This document shows, in pieces, positions 29,838 through 38,389 of a stretch of 64,000 nt of DNA. The translations under genes and the position numbers were made by a program. This stretch comes from a virus. Location of the stretch: the IMG/VR virus record IMGVR_UViG_3300025687_000026, positions 43,061 to 107,060 of that record. One strand, 5' to 3'. Within the stretch, counting starts at the first letter, position 1. Every line of letters starts with the position of its first letter. The notes beneath the pieces are model-generated. The model had not been told where the DNA came from. It saw only the letters and a program-made list of their open reading frames with translations, and made no database searches.

Positions 29838-31817
29838 TCAACAATGGAAAAGTGTGTCCGTCGACACAACACGGATGGCTTTCGGCATCACCTTCAAAGG
29901 AGCACGGATAGGTCCCTTGTCCTCAGGAATAGGCAGAGGGGCCTCGGTGATGACATAGTCATCAAGGAGGATGTCGATACGCTCACGAGTAGCGCCGCTA
30001 CCTGCTTTGGTAAAGGAAAGCCGAATCATGTTGTCAGTGCTGGCGCTGAAGTCAACGGCGCGACGCATGTGATGATAGAAGACAGGGTCGTCCACGATAA
30101 TCTCCATGTCCATCGTGTATTCAGTCTTGCCTTCCACGGCGATGGAGGCGTTACGGCTACCAGCGTGCGGGACTTGGTCCGTGATGCTATCGGCGATGGG
30201 GGAGCCGTTGATGGTGTAGAACTGCTGCACGCCCGTATTGCCGTTGAGCGTGAAGGAAACAACTTGCCCGATGCGAACACCAGCAAGGTCAATGGTGCCG
30301 TTGTAGAACATGTAGGGTTTCTGCGTGCCCTTGGCGATGCCGCTGGTCTTGCGATTGGCGTCGCTGTTTGCTGTGTCTTCAAACATGCGATGTGGATTGA
30401 AGCGGTCCCCCGGTGTGCTTTCAAGGCGACCGGTGTCGGTGTAACAGAGAGCGGAGTCAAAGTTGACACTCAGGCGCAGAGCAGCGTCGGTGTCTGCAGT
30501 CAACGAAAAGTCCTTGACTTTGCAGCCACGGAAGACTCGACTCAGTTGCTTGGTGTCGCTGGGGCCGCCGTCAACCACATCGTCGGTGTTACCGTCGCTG
30601 TCACGGCGGCGAATGCTGACTTCCATAGCAAAGGAAGGCACGCTGCTGCGAGAGTAAAGGAGGCGAGTGATTGGGTTCTGAATGTTTCCGCTGGACTCAC
30701 GGTTGGGGCTACCCGTAGCGTTGTCTGCAGCGGGACGGACAAAGCGCAGGACAGTGTTATCAGCGTGAGGGTAAAGTAGAGCATCGTCGAGGAAGATGCG
30801 CGTGCTCGTGATGGCCACGATACGCCGAATCTCAGTTGTCTCGGTCTTGTCAAAGTAGGTGACCTCAGGGTTGGCCACAGCACCAAACTCGGTGCCGTCA
30901 GCACTGTCAGCCTCGTTGTAGGTGATGACATCAGCACGGGTTTCATCAACGACGATAACATAGTCGCCTGCCGCTACAGCAGAAGTCCCAGCGGTGAAAG
31001 TCGGCACTCCGGTGCCGTCGAAGGGGATGACAGTAGCGCCAACTTCAGTTTTGCCATTCAATTGGTAATCGTTGCTGACCAACAACGAATTGAGGCCTGT
31101 GATGTTGCTCACATCCACCGCTTCCATACCGAGACAGTAGTAGAGCCAGCGGGGGTTGTGCATGTTGACCTCAAAAGAGCCGCCTTCGTTGAGGAATCGT
31201 CCCGGCACTTGCACGGCCACATCACGGCCGAGGCCGACGACATGGTAGCGCTTGAGGTCCACCTTTGTTTCCGGTAGCGTCACCGTAGCGGCGAGGCCCA
31301 CGAATTGGTCAGTTAGAACGGATTCGCTGGAGCCCGAAGCACTGTCGCCGTCAGCAGCCATGCTGACATCGACGGAGGGCACAGTAAAGCCGTGAATGAA
31401 CATGATGTCGCCCGATTTGGAGTCCTTGTCCCCAGCAGAATGGTCGGTGGTCAGCGCAGGTGTGATGGTCAGTTCAGTGACATCGCTCGATGTCACAGTA
31501 TGCTGAACAACAGTGAAGGAGCGGCCGCTGATGGTTGCATCGTCATCGGTGCTGAAATTGGGGCTGCTGCTGGCGATGCGGAAGGACACCTTCGCTCCGA
31601 CGAGCATCCCGACGGGGTATTTCAGTTGGCCAGCGTTGACGACTTGCGAGGCTGCTCCGCTGTCAAAAGTAATGACGCTGGTGTCCGCCTTGAGGTCCCT
31701 CCCACCGGTCTTCGCACGGAACAAAAAGGACCCTGCGAAGCCATGGTCAAGTTGAAGTCCTGTCTCGTGACCGAATGAAATCTCGGTCAAGTCCCCTTTA
31801 TACACTGTCGACGGCAT
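29838..31817 (-). CDS. Major tail tube protein with inserted domains (659 aa)
   Basis: Tube-like C-terminus (PYMFYNGTI...VVSFTLNGN...EYTMDMEI...IRLSF). ATG 31817 has a GAGGTGA RBS. Located upstream of chaperones/TMP. Confidence 0.7.
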   Translation of the reverse strand: MPSTVYKGDLTEISFGHETGLQLDHGFAGSFLFRAKTGGRDLKADTSVITFDSGAASQVVNAGQLKYPVGMLVGAKVSFRIASSSPNFSTDDDATISGRSFTVVQHTVTSSDVTELTITPALTTDHSAGDKDSKSGDIMFIHGFTVPSVDVSMAADGDSASGSSESVLTDQFVGLAATVTLPETKVDLKRYHVVGLGRDVAVQVPGRFLNEGGSFEVNMHNPRWLYYCLGMEAVDVSNITGLNSLLVSNDYQLNGKTEVGATVIPFDGTGVPTFTAGTSAVAAGDYVIVVDETRADVITYNEADSADGTEFGAVANPEVTYFDKTETTEIRRIVAITSTRIFLDDALLYPHADNTVLRFVRPAADNATGSPNRESSGNIQNPITRLLYSRSSVPSFAMEVSIRRRDSDGNTDDVVDGGPSDTKQLSRVFRGCKVKDFSLTADTDAALRLSVNFDSALCYTDTGRLESTPGDRFNPHRMFEDTANSDANRKTSGIAKGTQKPYMFYNGTIDLAGVRIGQVVSFTLNGNTGVQQFYTINGSPIADSITDQVPHAGSRNASIAVEGKTEYTMDMEIIVDDPVFYHHMRRAVDFSASTDNMIRLSFTKAGSGATRERIDILLDDYVITEAPLPIPEDKGPIRAPLKVMPKAIRVVSTDTLFHC

Positions 31818-31827
31818 CCGGCTCACC

Positions 31828-32277
31828 TCATGGCACGAGTTCCGCAAAGATAACAACTTCGATTTGGAAGGTCATGCGGAATAGGTTCTTGGTCCGGTCA
31901 GAAAGGTCCGTCCGGGTCTTGAAAACAAGGCGGTCAAAGGCAACACCATCACCCTTGCGCTTGGTGTGAATGAGGCGACGCACCTCGTTTTCCATCGCTT
32001 GCATATGCTTGCGAGACTTGGTGGTGCGAATGTCCACGGTAATGTTGATGCGGGTGGTGACAAAATCGTAGAGAATCTCAGGCGCTTCTTCGTTGTGCGC
32101 CGTCTCGTAACAGAGAACATAGTCCGTCTTTTTCATGTCGATGCGCTTCCCACGCTCAGGACCGACAGTGGCGATGTCGGCGATGACGGGCTTGATGTTG
32201 TTGGTGTTGCCCCGGTTCCAGTCGCCGAGAACAGCGATAACTGAATCCAATCCTTCTGCCCATGTTGCGACCATCAT
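31828..32277 (-). CDS. Putative tail terminator/completion protein (149 aa)
   Basis: Size, position directly before the tail tube, and pattern INITVDIRT...MENEVRRLI...FRMTFQIEV. Confidence 0.5.
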   Translation of the reverse strand: MMVATWAEGLDSVIAVLGDWNRGNTNNIKPVIADIATVGPERGKRIDMKKTDYVLCYETAHNEEAPEILYDFVTTRINITVDIRTTKSRKHMQAMENEVRRLIHTKRKGDGVAFDRLVFKTRTDLSDRTKNLFRMTFQIEVVIFAELVP

Positions 32278-32627
32278 TTCACCTCCCGTTTGTAGGCTGC
32301 GACATCCGGCACGAGTTTTCCACCACTGAGTCGCAACTTGTAGGTCACAAGGGCAGGGGACTCGGACAGCATCCGCTTGTCTACCCTATCCAGTGCTGCT
32401 TTAAGAGTGCTGGGGTCAGGGGCGCTCCCTTTTTGCTCGTATTCACCCGCTTCGTTGCGAGTGATGCCGTCCATCCCCAATTCCTGCTGTTCAACGACAC
32501 GACGGTAAGCCTCCGGCGTCTGTGTCACGACTTGACGCAACGCTTCTTGCTGAGCAGGGTCCAGCATCTCCTCGGTGAGATGTATCATGAGAAACTCATC
32601 GGCTTCGTCTTTCACCATTGTTATCAC
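32274..32627 (-). CDS. Hypothetical neck-region protein (117 aa)
   Basis: Overlapping start/stop coupling with neighbours. Confidence 0.55.
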   Translation of the reverse strand: MITMVKDEADEFLMIHLTEEMLDPAQQEALRQVVTQTPEAYRRVVEQQELGMDGITRNEAGEYEQKGSAPDPSTLKAALDRVDKRMLSESPALVTYKLRLSGGKLVPDVAAYKREVK

Positions 32628-34213
32628 TCGAAGAGAACAATCTCCTGATAGCGTGGGAGAATCTTGTCAATCTCAGCCTGCAGGAGTTGCACCTTGGCGG
32701 TGATGTCAATGTTGCTGGTGCCTTCAGGCAACAGCACGGTGCGGTCGTCAGACATCAACAGGTCAATGACCACCATCTTCGTAGCAACCTCCTCGATGGC
32801 CTTTTCGAGATAGCGTTCCCCATAGATGTAAGACACCTTAACGGCGTTCCACTCAAAGAACGGATAGGAGTTGTTGAAGTAAATGATGCCCATTTCAAAG
32901 TCCATCCACCAATCCTTGAGCCGAGCGTTATCACCACTGGAACTACCGCCTTGTAGGTCGACTTGTAACTGATGCTGCGTGATGGTGCCGCTCATGGATG
33001 CAAGGTCACCGCTTGCGCTAACAACAGCGCAACCGGAAAAAGTAACCCCATCGGGGTCAAGACTGTCATATCGAAAGGCTATTGTCCCATTTGAAGCAAC
33101 ACCGCTTGGCGCAAACCCAGCAGTTGAATCAACAACAACGCTTGACCCACTTGAACTTACGAAGGTCGCCGTGTTGACTTGAGTTTGTGAGATGGAGAGG
33201 TTGTCGTCGGTGCTGGCGATAGTGCAAGTCTCACCTGCTTTGACAGGGCGCATACTGGTGATTTTCACCACACCGCTACCGTAGTCGCTGTTGGCTGTGG
33301 CCAAGAACTCGTTATGAACTGCGACATTGGATGAAGAACCTTCCAACTTGAAGGTGGGTGTGAACTCCACAGCCGCCTTACCCACCCTGTCCTCTTTGTT
33401 GATGAGGTCAGCGAGATTTTGAGCCGTAGTAACATGGTCAAAATCATCTCGCCATTGGTTTGTCGCTGTTCCAATATCAAGACGAGCGGCTGAAGCGTTA
33501 CCCGGACATAGGAAAAGAGCGCTATCGGCGTTGCCGTTGTAGTTTTTCGGGATGCCGATACGAGCCTCAGCAGCACCAATCTCACGATAGTCGTCGCCTT
33601 GCCATAGTTCGAGGCGTAGAATCTGCTGGATATTACGGAACAATAGCGGAGTCGTCCCAACATAGTCGGTGTAGTAACGACGCCGGTAAGGCTTGTAGGT
33701 GTCGAAGTTGATGTATTCAGCGCTCACGAGATAAGGTCGCCAAGCGTTGTGCGTGATGTTGTCAATCTTATCCTGCACTTCACGAATACGAGCCTCAACG
33801 ATGGCCTTGGTCGCTCCACGCTGGCGTCCAACCTTAGCGTTGGTGAATGAAGAGAGGTTCTGCACATAGGTGTTGTCATCAGCCTCGAAGTCACTGGCTG
33901 TAAAATCAGCAGTGCTGAACACCAACTTCACGCCACTACTACCACCGTTGGTGATGTCAATGATTTCTTTTTCAACACCGAGAGGGTTTGCATCACTGTA
34001 GATGAGGATGGTATCGCCAACCTCAGTGCCGCAACGGCGGTAGTCTTCGCCAGTGATGAATACACCGTCGCTCACAGAGTCAGCAGAGGTAGCCACAGGC
34101 TCTTGAGGTCCAATCCCGAGGTAGTCGGCGACTTTCTGCGGTGTCGTGTAGACCGTGGCTGTGGGGTCAAGAGGACGAGTTTCAGCCTCACCGGGGTTGA
34201 AGACCATCGGCAT
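32624..34213 (-). CDS. Putative head-tail adaptor/neck protein with insertions (529 aa)
   Basis: N-terminal YTTPQKVADYLG and C-terminal VKVSYIYG...AIEEVATKMVVIDLL resemble gp15/gp6-like adaptors; lies downstream of MCP. Confidence 0.55.
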   Translation of the reverse strand: MPMVFNPGEAETRPLDPTATVYTTPQKVADYLGIGPQEPVATSADSVSDGVFITGEDYRRCGTEVGDTILIYSDANPLGVEKEIIDITNGGSSGVKLVFSTADFTASDFEADDNTYVQNLSSFTNAKVGRQRGATKAIVEARIREVQDKIDNITHNAWRPYLVSAEYINFDTYKPYRRRYYTDYVGTTPLLFRNIQQILRLELWQGDDYREIGAAEARIGIPKNYNGNADSALFLCPGNASAARLDIGTATNQWRDDFDHVTTAQNLADLINKEDRVGKAAVEFTPTFKLEGSSSNVAVHNEFLATANSDYGSGVVKITSMRPVKAGETCTIASTDDNLSISQTQVNTATFVSSSGSSVVVDSTAGFAPSGVASNGTIAFRYDSLDPDGVTFSGCAVVSASGDLASMSGTITQHQLQVDLQGGSSSGDNARLKDWWMDFEMGIIYFNNSYPFFEWNAVKVSYIYGERYLEKAIEEVATKMVVIDLLMSDDRTVLLPEGTSNIDITAKVQLLQAEIDKILPRYQEIVLFE

Positions 34214-34512
34214 TACTCTCGGGCCTCCTCACTTCTGCTCACAAGGTTGTATTCCATCGGGCGTTGACATGCACCGCATGTCTCACGCCATAGAAAGTGA
34301 AGCATGCCGCAGTGCTTGCAGCGAGTGCCTGAACCGATGTTCATGACATCAGCGGCCTCGCTATTGCGATTACGCTGCTTCTTGACAATGCCCTTCAGTG
34401 GGTTTTCAGGGTCAACGAATGCTGACTGGTCGATGGTGACATCGGAGCGAACGCCTTGCTTCTGAAAACGACTGATGTCGTCAAAGTCGATTTTCGACAA
34501 GTCGAAGCCCAT
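34213..34512 (-). CDS. Zinc-ribbon protein (99 aa)
   Basis: CKHCG...CGAC. Confidence 0.65.
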   Translation of the reverse strand: MGFDLSKIDFDDISRFQKQGVRSDVTIDQSAFVDPENPLKGIVKKQRNRNSEAADVMNIGSGTRCKHCGMLHFLWRETCGACQRPMEYNLVSRSEEARE

Positions 34513-34527
34513 TCATCTCCCTCACGC

Positions 34528-34701
34528 TCATTGAGTAGTCACGAACAAGTAAATGTTACCGAGGATGGTGTGCGGGTCAACAGCCACAGGCGTGTTAGCA
34601 CCGATGGCTGCGACGGCGGCTGCCTCAATGGCTGCACGGTCCGTGGCGTTGTTGAAGTCTTTCGGAGCGTAAGGCCCGAGAATGGTGACTGTTTTCGCCA
34701 T
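34528..34701 (-). CDS. Small hypothetical virion protein (57 aa; absent from ORF track)
   Basis: MAKTVTILGPYAPKDFNNATDRAAIEAAAVAAIGANTPVAVDPHTILGNIYLFVTTQ; GGTGA RBS; fills the gap between neighbouring genes. Confidence 0.65.
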   Translation of the reverse strand: MAKTVTILGPYAPKDFNNATDRAAIEAAAVAAIGANTPVAVDPHTILGNIYLFVTTQ

Positions 34702-34713
34702 TCAATCACCGCC

Positions 34714-34968
34714 TCAGGAGCGGCGACCAACTGCGAAGAACTGACCATTTGCCGTAGCACCAGCACCGGTGAGTGTAACTCCCGTGCCTGCTGCGTTGAT
34801 ATGGTAGGGGTCAGCGGCACCGGGGGCCGCAGTAGGGGTCAAAACGACAGCATCAATGCTTGCGAGAAGACCACTGAGGTCAATGCTCGTGTCACCTAAT
34901 TCGTAGGTTCCAGTCACAATCATTCGGTCGCCCATGTAGGTTGGTCGGGGGTCAATCGTTACAGCCAT
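34714..34968 (-). CDS. Small hypothetical virion protein (84 aa)
   Basis: GGAGATGA RBS; beta-rich; downstream of MCP. Confidence 0.6.
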   Translation of the reverse strand: MAVTIDPRPTYMGDRMIVTGTYELGDTSIDLSGLLASIDAVVLTPTAAPGAADPYHINAAGTGVTLTGAGATANGQFFAVGRRS

Positions 34969-34970
34969 GT

Positions 34971-35366
34971 TTATTCATCTCCTTGTGATTCTTCAGCGAT
35001 TTCAGCCGCTATCTCTTCAGTCTCTTCGACACCGTCGGGACTCATAACAGTTGCGACGATTTCGAGAAGTTGAGATTTGGTAGCGTAGCCTGAAGGCTTG
35101 AGGTTGTAGGATTCCAGCCACTTGCCGATGTCCTTCTTGCTCCATCCAGCGTCAGGGATGCCGTCTCCGCCTTGGTCGACGGTGCGTTCCTCAGCCTCAG
35201 CCTTGGTCCAGCCTTCGATGCGGAAGTTGTCCGAGTCAAGGCGTGGGTGAAAGCGGTCCAACCAAGCCGAGGTTACCTCAACAGGTTGGTTTTGTTCCCA
35301 GTCACGCATGGTTGGGTCGATTGCACGACGGACATGCGAGCGTCCAATGTAGGTTACTACGGGCAC
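34971..35366 (-). CDS. Hypothetical protein with C-terminal HeH/LEM-like motif (131 aa)
   Basis: WSKKDIGKWLESYNLKPSGYATKSQLLEIV. Confidence 0.6.
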   Translation of the reverse strand: MPVVTYIGRSHVRRAIDPTMRDWEQNQPVEVTSAWLDRFHPRLDSDNFRIEGWTKAEAEERTVDQGGDGIPDAGWSKKDIGKWLESYNLKPSGYATKSQLLEIVATVMSPDGVEETEEIAAEIAEESQGDE

Positions 35367-35377
35367 TGAGGTTCACC

Positions 35378-35755
35378 TCAGTTGTAGAGAACTATCAGAC
35401 TGTGGGCTGCCGCTACACCGGTAATGGTGATGGTGAGGCTCGACACTTCGACTTTGAGTGCGCCTGCCGAGCCGCCAGCCTGAGAGGCCGTAGCGAGGAG
35501 GATGCTGTTCACGCCGCCTGCGAGGATGATGGTGCCTGCACCAGTCGTGGTGATGAGAGCCATCTTGGGAGCCGGGTCGTAGCCGTTCGCACCGTCCGAG
35601 TTGGAGGCGTTGAAGGTGCCGGGTCCACCGCCGGGGTAGGACACATCAGCGGCACCGTCGAGCCATTCGGTCGTATCATGCGAGTTTGCACGAAGTTCCC
35701 ATGCACCGACAAGGGTCGGCGTTGCTGTTCCAGTTAGAGTCAATTCTTCTGCCAT
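35378..35755 (-). CDS. Putative capsid decoration/minor structural protein (125 aa)
   Basis: Immediately after MCP; strong RBS (AGGAGATG); A/G/T-rich. Confidence 0.5.
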   Translation of the reverse strand: MAEELTLTGTATPTLVGAWELRANSHDTTEWLDGAADVSYPGGGPGTFNASNSDGANGYDPAPKMALITTTGAGTIILAGGVNSILLATASQAGGSAGALKVEVSSLTITITGVAAAHSLIVLYN

Positions 35756-35786
35756 GTTTTTTCATCTCCTTGTTTTCTTGTTGTCC

Positions 35787-36959
35787 TCACTGCAGGTCAC
35801 GGATGCTACCCTGAGCACGGAAGAAGGTGGTCCACACCTCGCCCATGGTTCGGTAGAGGCCTTCTTGACCGAGGCGGTTGATGGCGAATGGGTCGCCAGT
35901 CTCGATGCCGGACTCGAAGTATTGCGTTGGGATTGCAGTAGAGAAGTAGAGGTAGTCCGTGTCGAGGAAATACATCCGGCTGATGCCGTCCTTCTCAACA
36001 TCCTTTGAGGGGATGATGGGGACGCCGTTGTAGGTAGCCACGATGAAACCAGCCTCGATACCGGGAACACCCTTCACACCGTTGTAGGTGGGGGTGACTC
36101 GCTTTTCTTCCATGAACCGCTGTTGGGCTTGGAGGAGTTGCTGGAGTCGCATGAGGGTGTCGTAGCCCGTCAAGATGACCTTGGGGTTACCACCGAGTTC
36201 CCACATGCGCTGGAAGGTGTCATCCAGTTGGTCGAGGGACATGGTGCGTCGGTTGGCGGCGTCTTGGTCAGAGCCACAGTTGACGACAGCGTTGGACCAA
36301 GCGTTGGCGCTGCGGTCGATGCTGTAGATGTCAAGGTCATCGGTCCCACAGTGGTCAGCAGCAGCGGAACCCGTCTCCATGGAGGTCAGGCCGCCGGAAG
36401 CGCCACCGTCGTTACCGGTGATGCGGTCAATGGACTCGAAGTTGTTGCCTGCGAGAGTGTCAGCGTCCGTGAGGAGCATCTTGTTGACCATCTCAGCGTG
36501 GTGCTTGCCCATCTCTTCCTTAAGGACGGCTCGCATGTCACCCATGCCGTCGTCCTTGTCGGACAAAAAGACAGCGACTTCGCTCACATCGAAGGAGTGT
36601 GCTATGGTCTTGGGTTTTGCAGCGATGTGCTGGAAGGTTGGCTTGATGGTTTCAGGCAAGGTGCCGTTCTCAGCGATACCACCAGTGAGGACGCCGCCGT
36701 TGGGCTTGTCCGTGATGACTCGCCATCCACTGCGCTCCCATGGGCGCTTGGGGAGGATTGAGAAGGCGTTGAACTCTTGGTTCAACTGGGACCACACTTT
36801 GCGTCCGTAGATGGCTTGGTAGGTTCCAGCCGTCGTGGACAGCATAGGGCTGTCGGCCTTGAGAAGTTCAGAGCCACTGTAAGAGTAGCCCATTGCGTTG
36901 CCTGCGCCATAGTAGTAGCGCTCCATGTCGGTTACTGTGCGAACATAATTTCGTGCCAT
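35787..36959 (-). CDS. Major capsid protein (HK97 fold), 390 aa
   Basis: Follows protease/scaffold; HK97-like motifs (IAENGTLP, PKTIAHSFDVS, TYNGVPIIPS, MYFLDTDYL); strong RBS and biased codons. Confidence 0.85.
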   Translation of the reverse strand: MARNYVRTVTDMERYYYGAGNAMGYSYSGSELLKADSPMLSTTAGTYQAIYGRKVWSQLNQEFNAFSILPKRPWERSGWRVITDKPNGGVLTGGIAENGTLPETIKPTFQHIAAKPKTIAHSFDVSEVAVFLSDKDDGMGDMRAVLKEEMGKHHAEMVNKMLLTDADTLAGNNFESIDRITGNDGGASGGLTSMETGSAAADHCGTDDLDIYSIDRSANAWSNAVVNCGSDQDAANRRTMSLDQLDDTFQRMWELGGNPKVILTGYDTLMRLQQLLQAQQRFMEEKRVTPTYNGVKGVPGIEAGFIVATYNGVPIIPSKDVEKDGISRMYFLDTDYLYFSTAIPTQYFESGIETGDPFAINRLGQEGLYRTMGEVWTTFFRAQGSIRDLQ

Positions 36960-36998
36960 GTTTTCATCTCCTTTTGTTTTTTTTCAGTTGTCGAGTGT

Positions 36999-38345
36999 TC
37001 ACTCGCTGCGGAACAAGCCTCCAGCCAGTTGGTGAACTTCTTCCCATGACATGTTGGCCATGTCAGCAGTCGAGGGGACCTCGATAGCGGGGGAAGCGGA
37101 CTTTGCGATGGTCGTGGATTGCACGGAGCCGATGTTGTCGATGCGGTCGTTGAGAGCAGCCAGCGACTTCATGATTTCATCGAGAGGACCACGGGCGTCG
37201 AAGGCCTGAGCCTGAGCCTTGGTAATCTCCTCAGTGCGCTCAGCCTTGTAGCGGGACTCGAAGTTGCCTTCCATGGCCTTGCGGAGTTCCTCTTCTTGCT
37301 TGGCGGCCTTGAAGACCTCGTAAGCGTGCTCAAGAGAGACAGGGTCAACGGAGGTAACGAAGTCAGCCTTGGTAACAGCGCCGCCACGGGAGAGGCCTGC
37401 ACGGGACAGAGCGTTGGTGGAAGGGGAGCCGCCTTCTTGAGCACGACCCTTCACTTGAGCAGCGAAGCGGGTGTCGTAGTCAGACAGTTCCTCAGGGGTA
37501 GAACCAAGGTTGGCCTTGGCGATACCGTCGAAGTGGGCACGGGCACCGTCAGTGTCCACACCAGCGGATTTGAGGGTGTTTTCCATCCAGTCGAGGTATT
37601 CGGCCGTGATGACATCAGAGAACTCGGACTTTTCTTTGTCGTCCTTGTCTTTCATCTCGGTCTTTTCTTCTTTGGAAGGAGCATCAGCACCCTCTTCTTT
37701 CTTTTTCTTCTGAGCAGCGGCCAAGCCCGGTGGGAGTTCGCCTTTTTCCATAGAGTCAAGGCGACCTTCGAGTCGCTCCAACACGCTGTTCATTTGTTCC
37801 ATAACATCGTCGGTCATCTTTTTCATCTCCTTATTGTTGTCTTCTTTTAGGATTTTGAATGTTGCTTCAGGGTTGATTCCTTTTTCACAGATGGTGATTT
37901 CGTGCAGTTCGAGTTTGCTGATTTCTTGGTAGTTGCCGTGGCTGCTATCGTGTTTCCGAACTCGCTTGAATGCTTGTCCTCCGATGCTGAATCCCGCTAA
38001 GTTACCCTTCCTGACTTCGGCCGCCACTTCTCGTGCCTTTTCGATGTCATTTCTGAGTTGAACTACGACGAACATTCCGGCGTCATCAACTTCGCTCTTC
38101 CAAAACCTCCCTTCACTGTCTGTGTATTGTGGAATGACTTCTCCTACCTGAATGTTAGAGTGCGCCAGTTGCACATTCCTGAACTTCGGGTCGGCCATGA
38201 ACTTCTTGAAAGCGTCTTTCAAGGCCGAACGAGTAATCAAATCCCCCTGCTTGTCGACGAGTTCGACACTGGCGTAGCCTGCAACGACGAGGTCGTTGCT
38301 CCCTTTGAGGAGGGAGAGGCTGTCCGGTCGAGTTCTGAGCAACAC
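36999..38345 (-). CDS. Prohead protease (HK97-type) fused to a scaffold region
   Basis: VVAGYASVELVDKQGD, LAH, GFSIGG, LHEITICEKGINPEA motifs; coiled-coil C-terminus. GTG 38345 follows GAGGGGTG RBS (ORF track extends to 38393). Confidence 0.85.
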   Translation of the reverse strand: MLLRTRPDSLSLLKGSNDLVVAGYASVELVDKQGDLITRSALKDAFKKFMADPKFRNVQLAHSNIQVGEVIPQYTDSEGRFWKSEVDDAGMFVVVQLRNDIEKAREVAAEVRKGNLAGFSIGGQAFKRVRKHDSSHGNYQEISKLELHEITICEKGINPEATFKILKEDNNKEMKKMTDDVMEQMNSVLERLEGRLDSMEKGELPPGLAAAQKKKKEEGADAPSKEEKTEMKDKDDKEKSEFSDVITAEYLDWMENTLKSAGVDTDGARAHFDGIAKANLGSTPEELSDYDTRFAAQVKGRAQEGGSPSTNALSRAGLSRGGAVTKADFVTSVDPVSLEHAYEVFKAAKQEEELRKAMEGNFESRYKAERTEEITKAQAQAFDARGPLDEIMKSLAALNDRIDNIGSVQSTTIAKSASPAIEVPSTADMANMSWEEVHQLAGGLFRSE

Positions 38346-38371
38346 ACTAACCACCCCTCTGTTTGCTCTCC

Positions 38372-38384
38372 TACATAAATAAAG
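38372..38384 (-). promoter_or_regulatory. Putative TATA-like promoter for the protease-capsid operon
   Basis: Minus-strand CTTTATTTATG about 30 nt upstream of the proposed GTG start. Confidence 0.4.
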
Positions 38385-38389
38385 CGGCA

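Noticed and set aside
29838-31817. Contractile tail sheath (suggested by size)
   Set aside because: No sheath motifs recognised, C-terminus is tube-like, and no separate tube or baseplate wedge gene is evident; not fully excluded without structure prediction.
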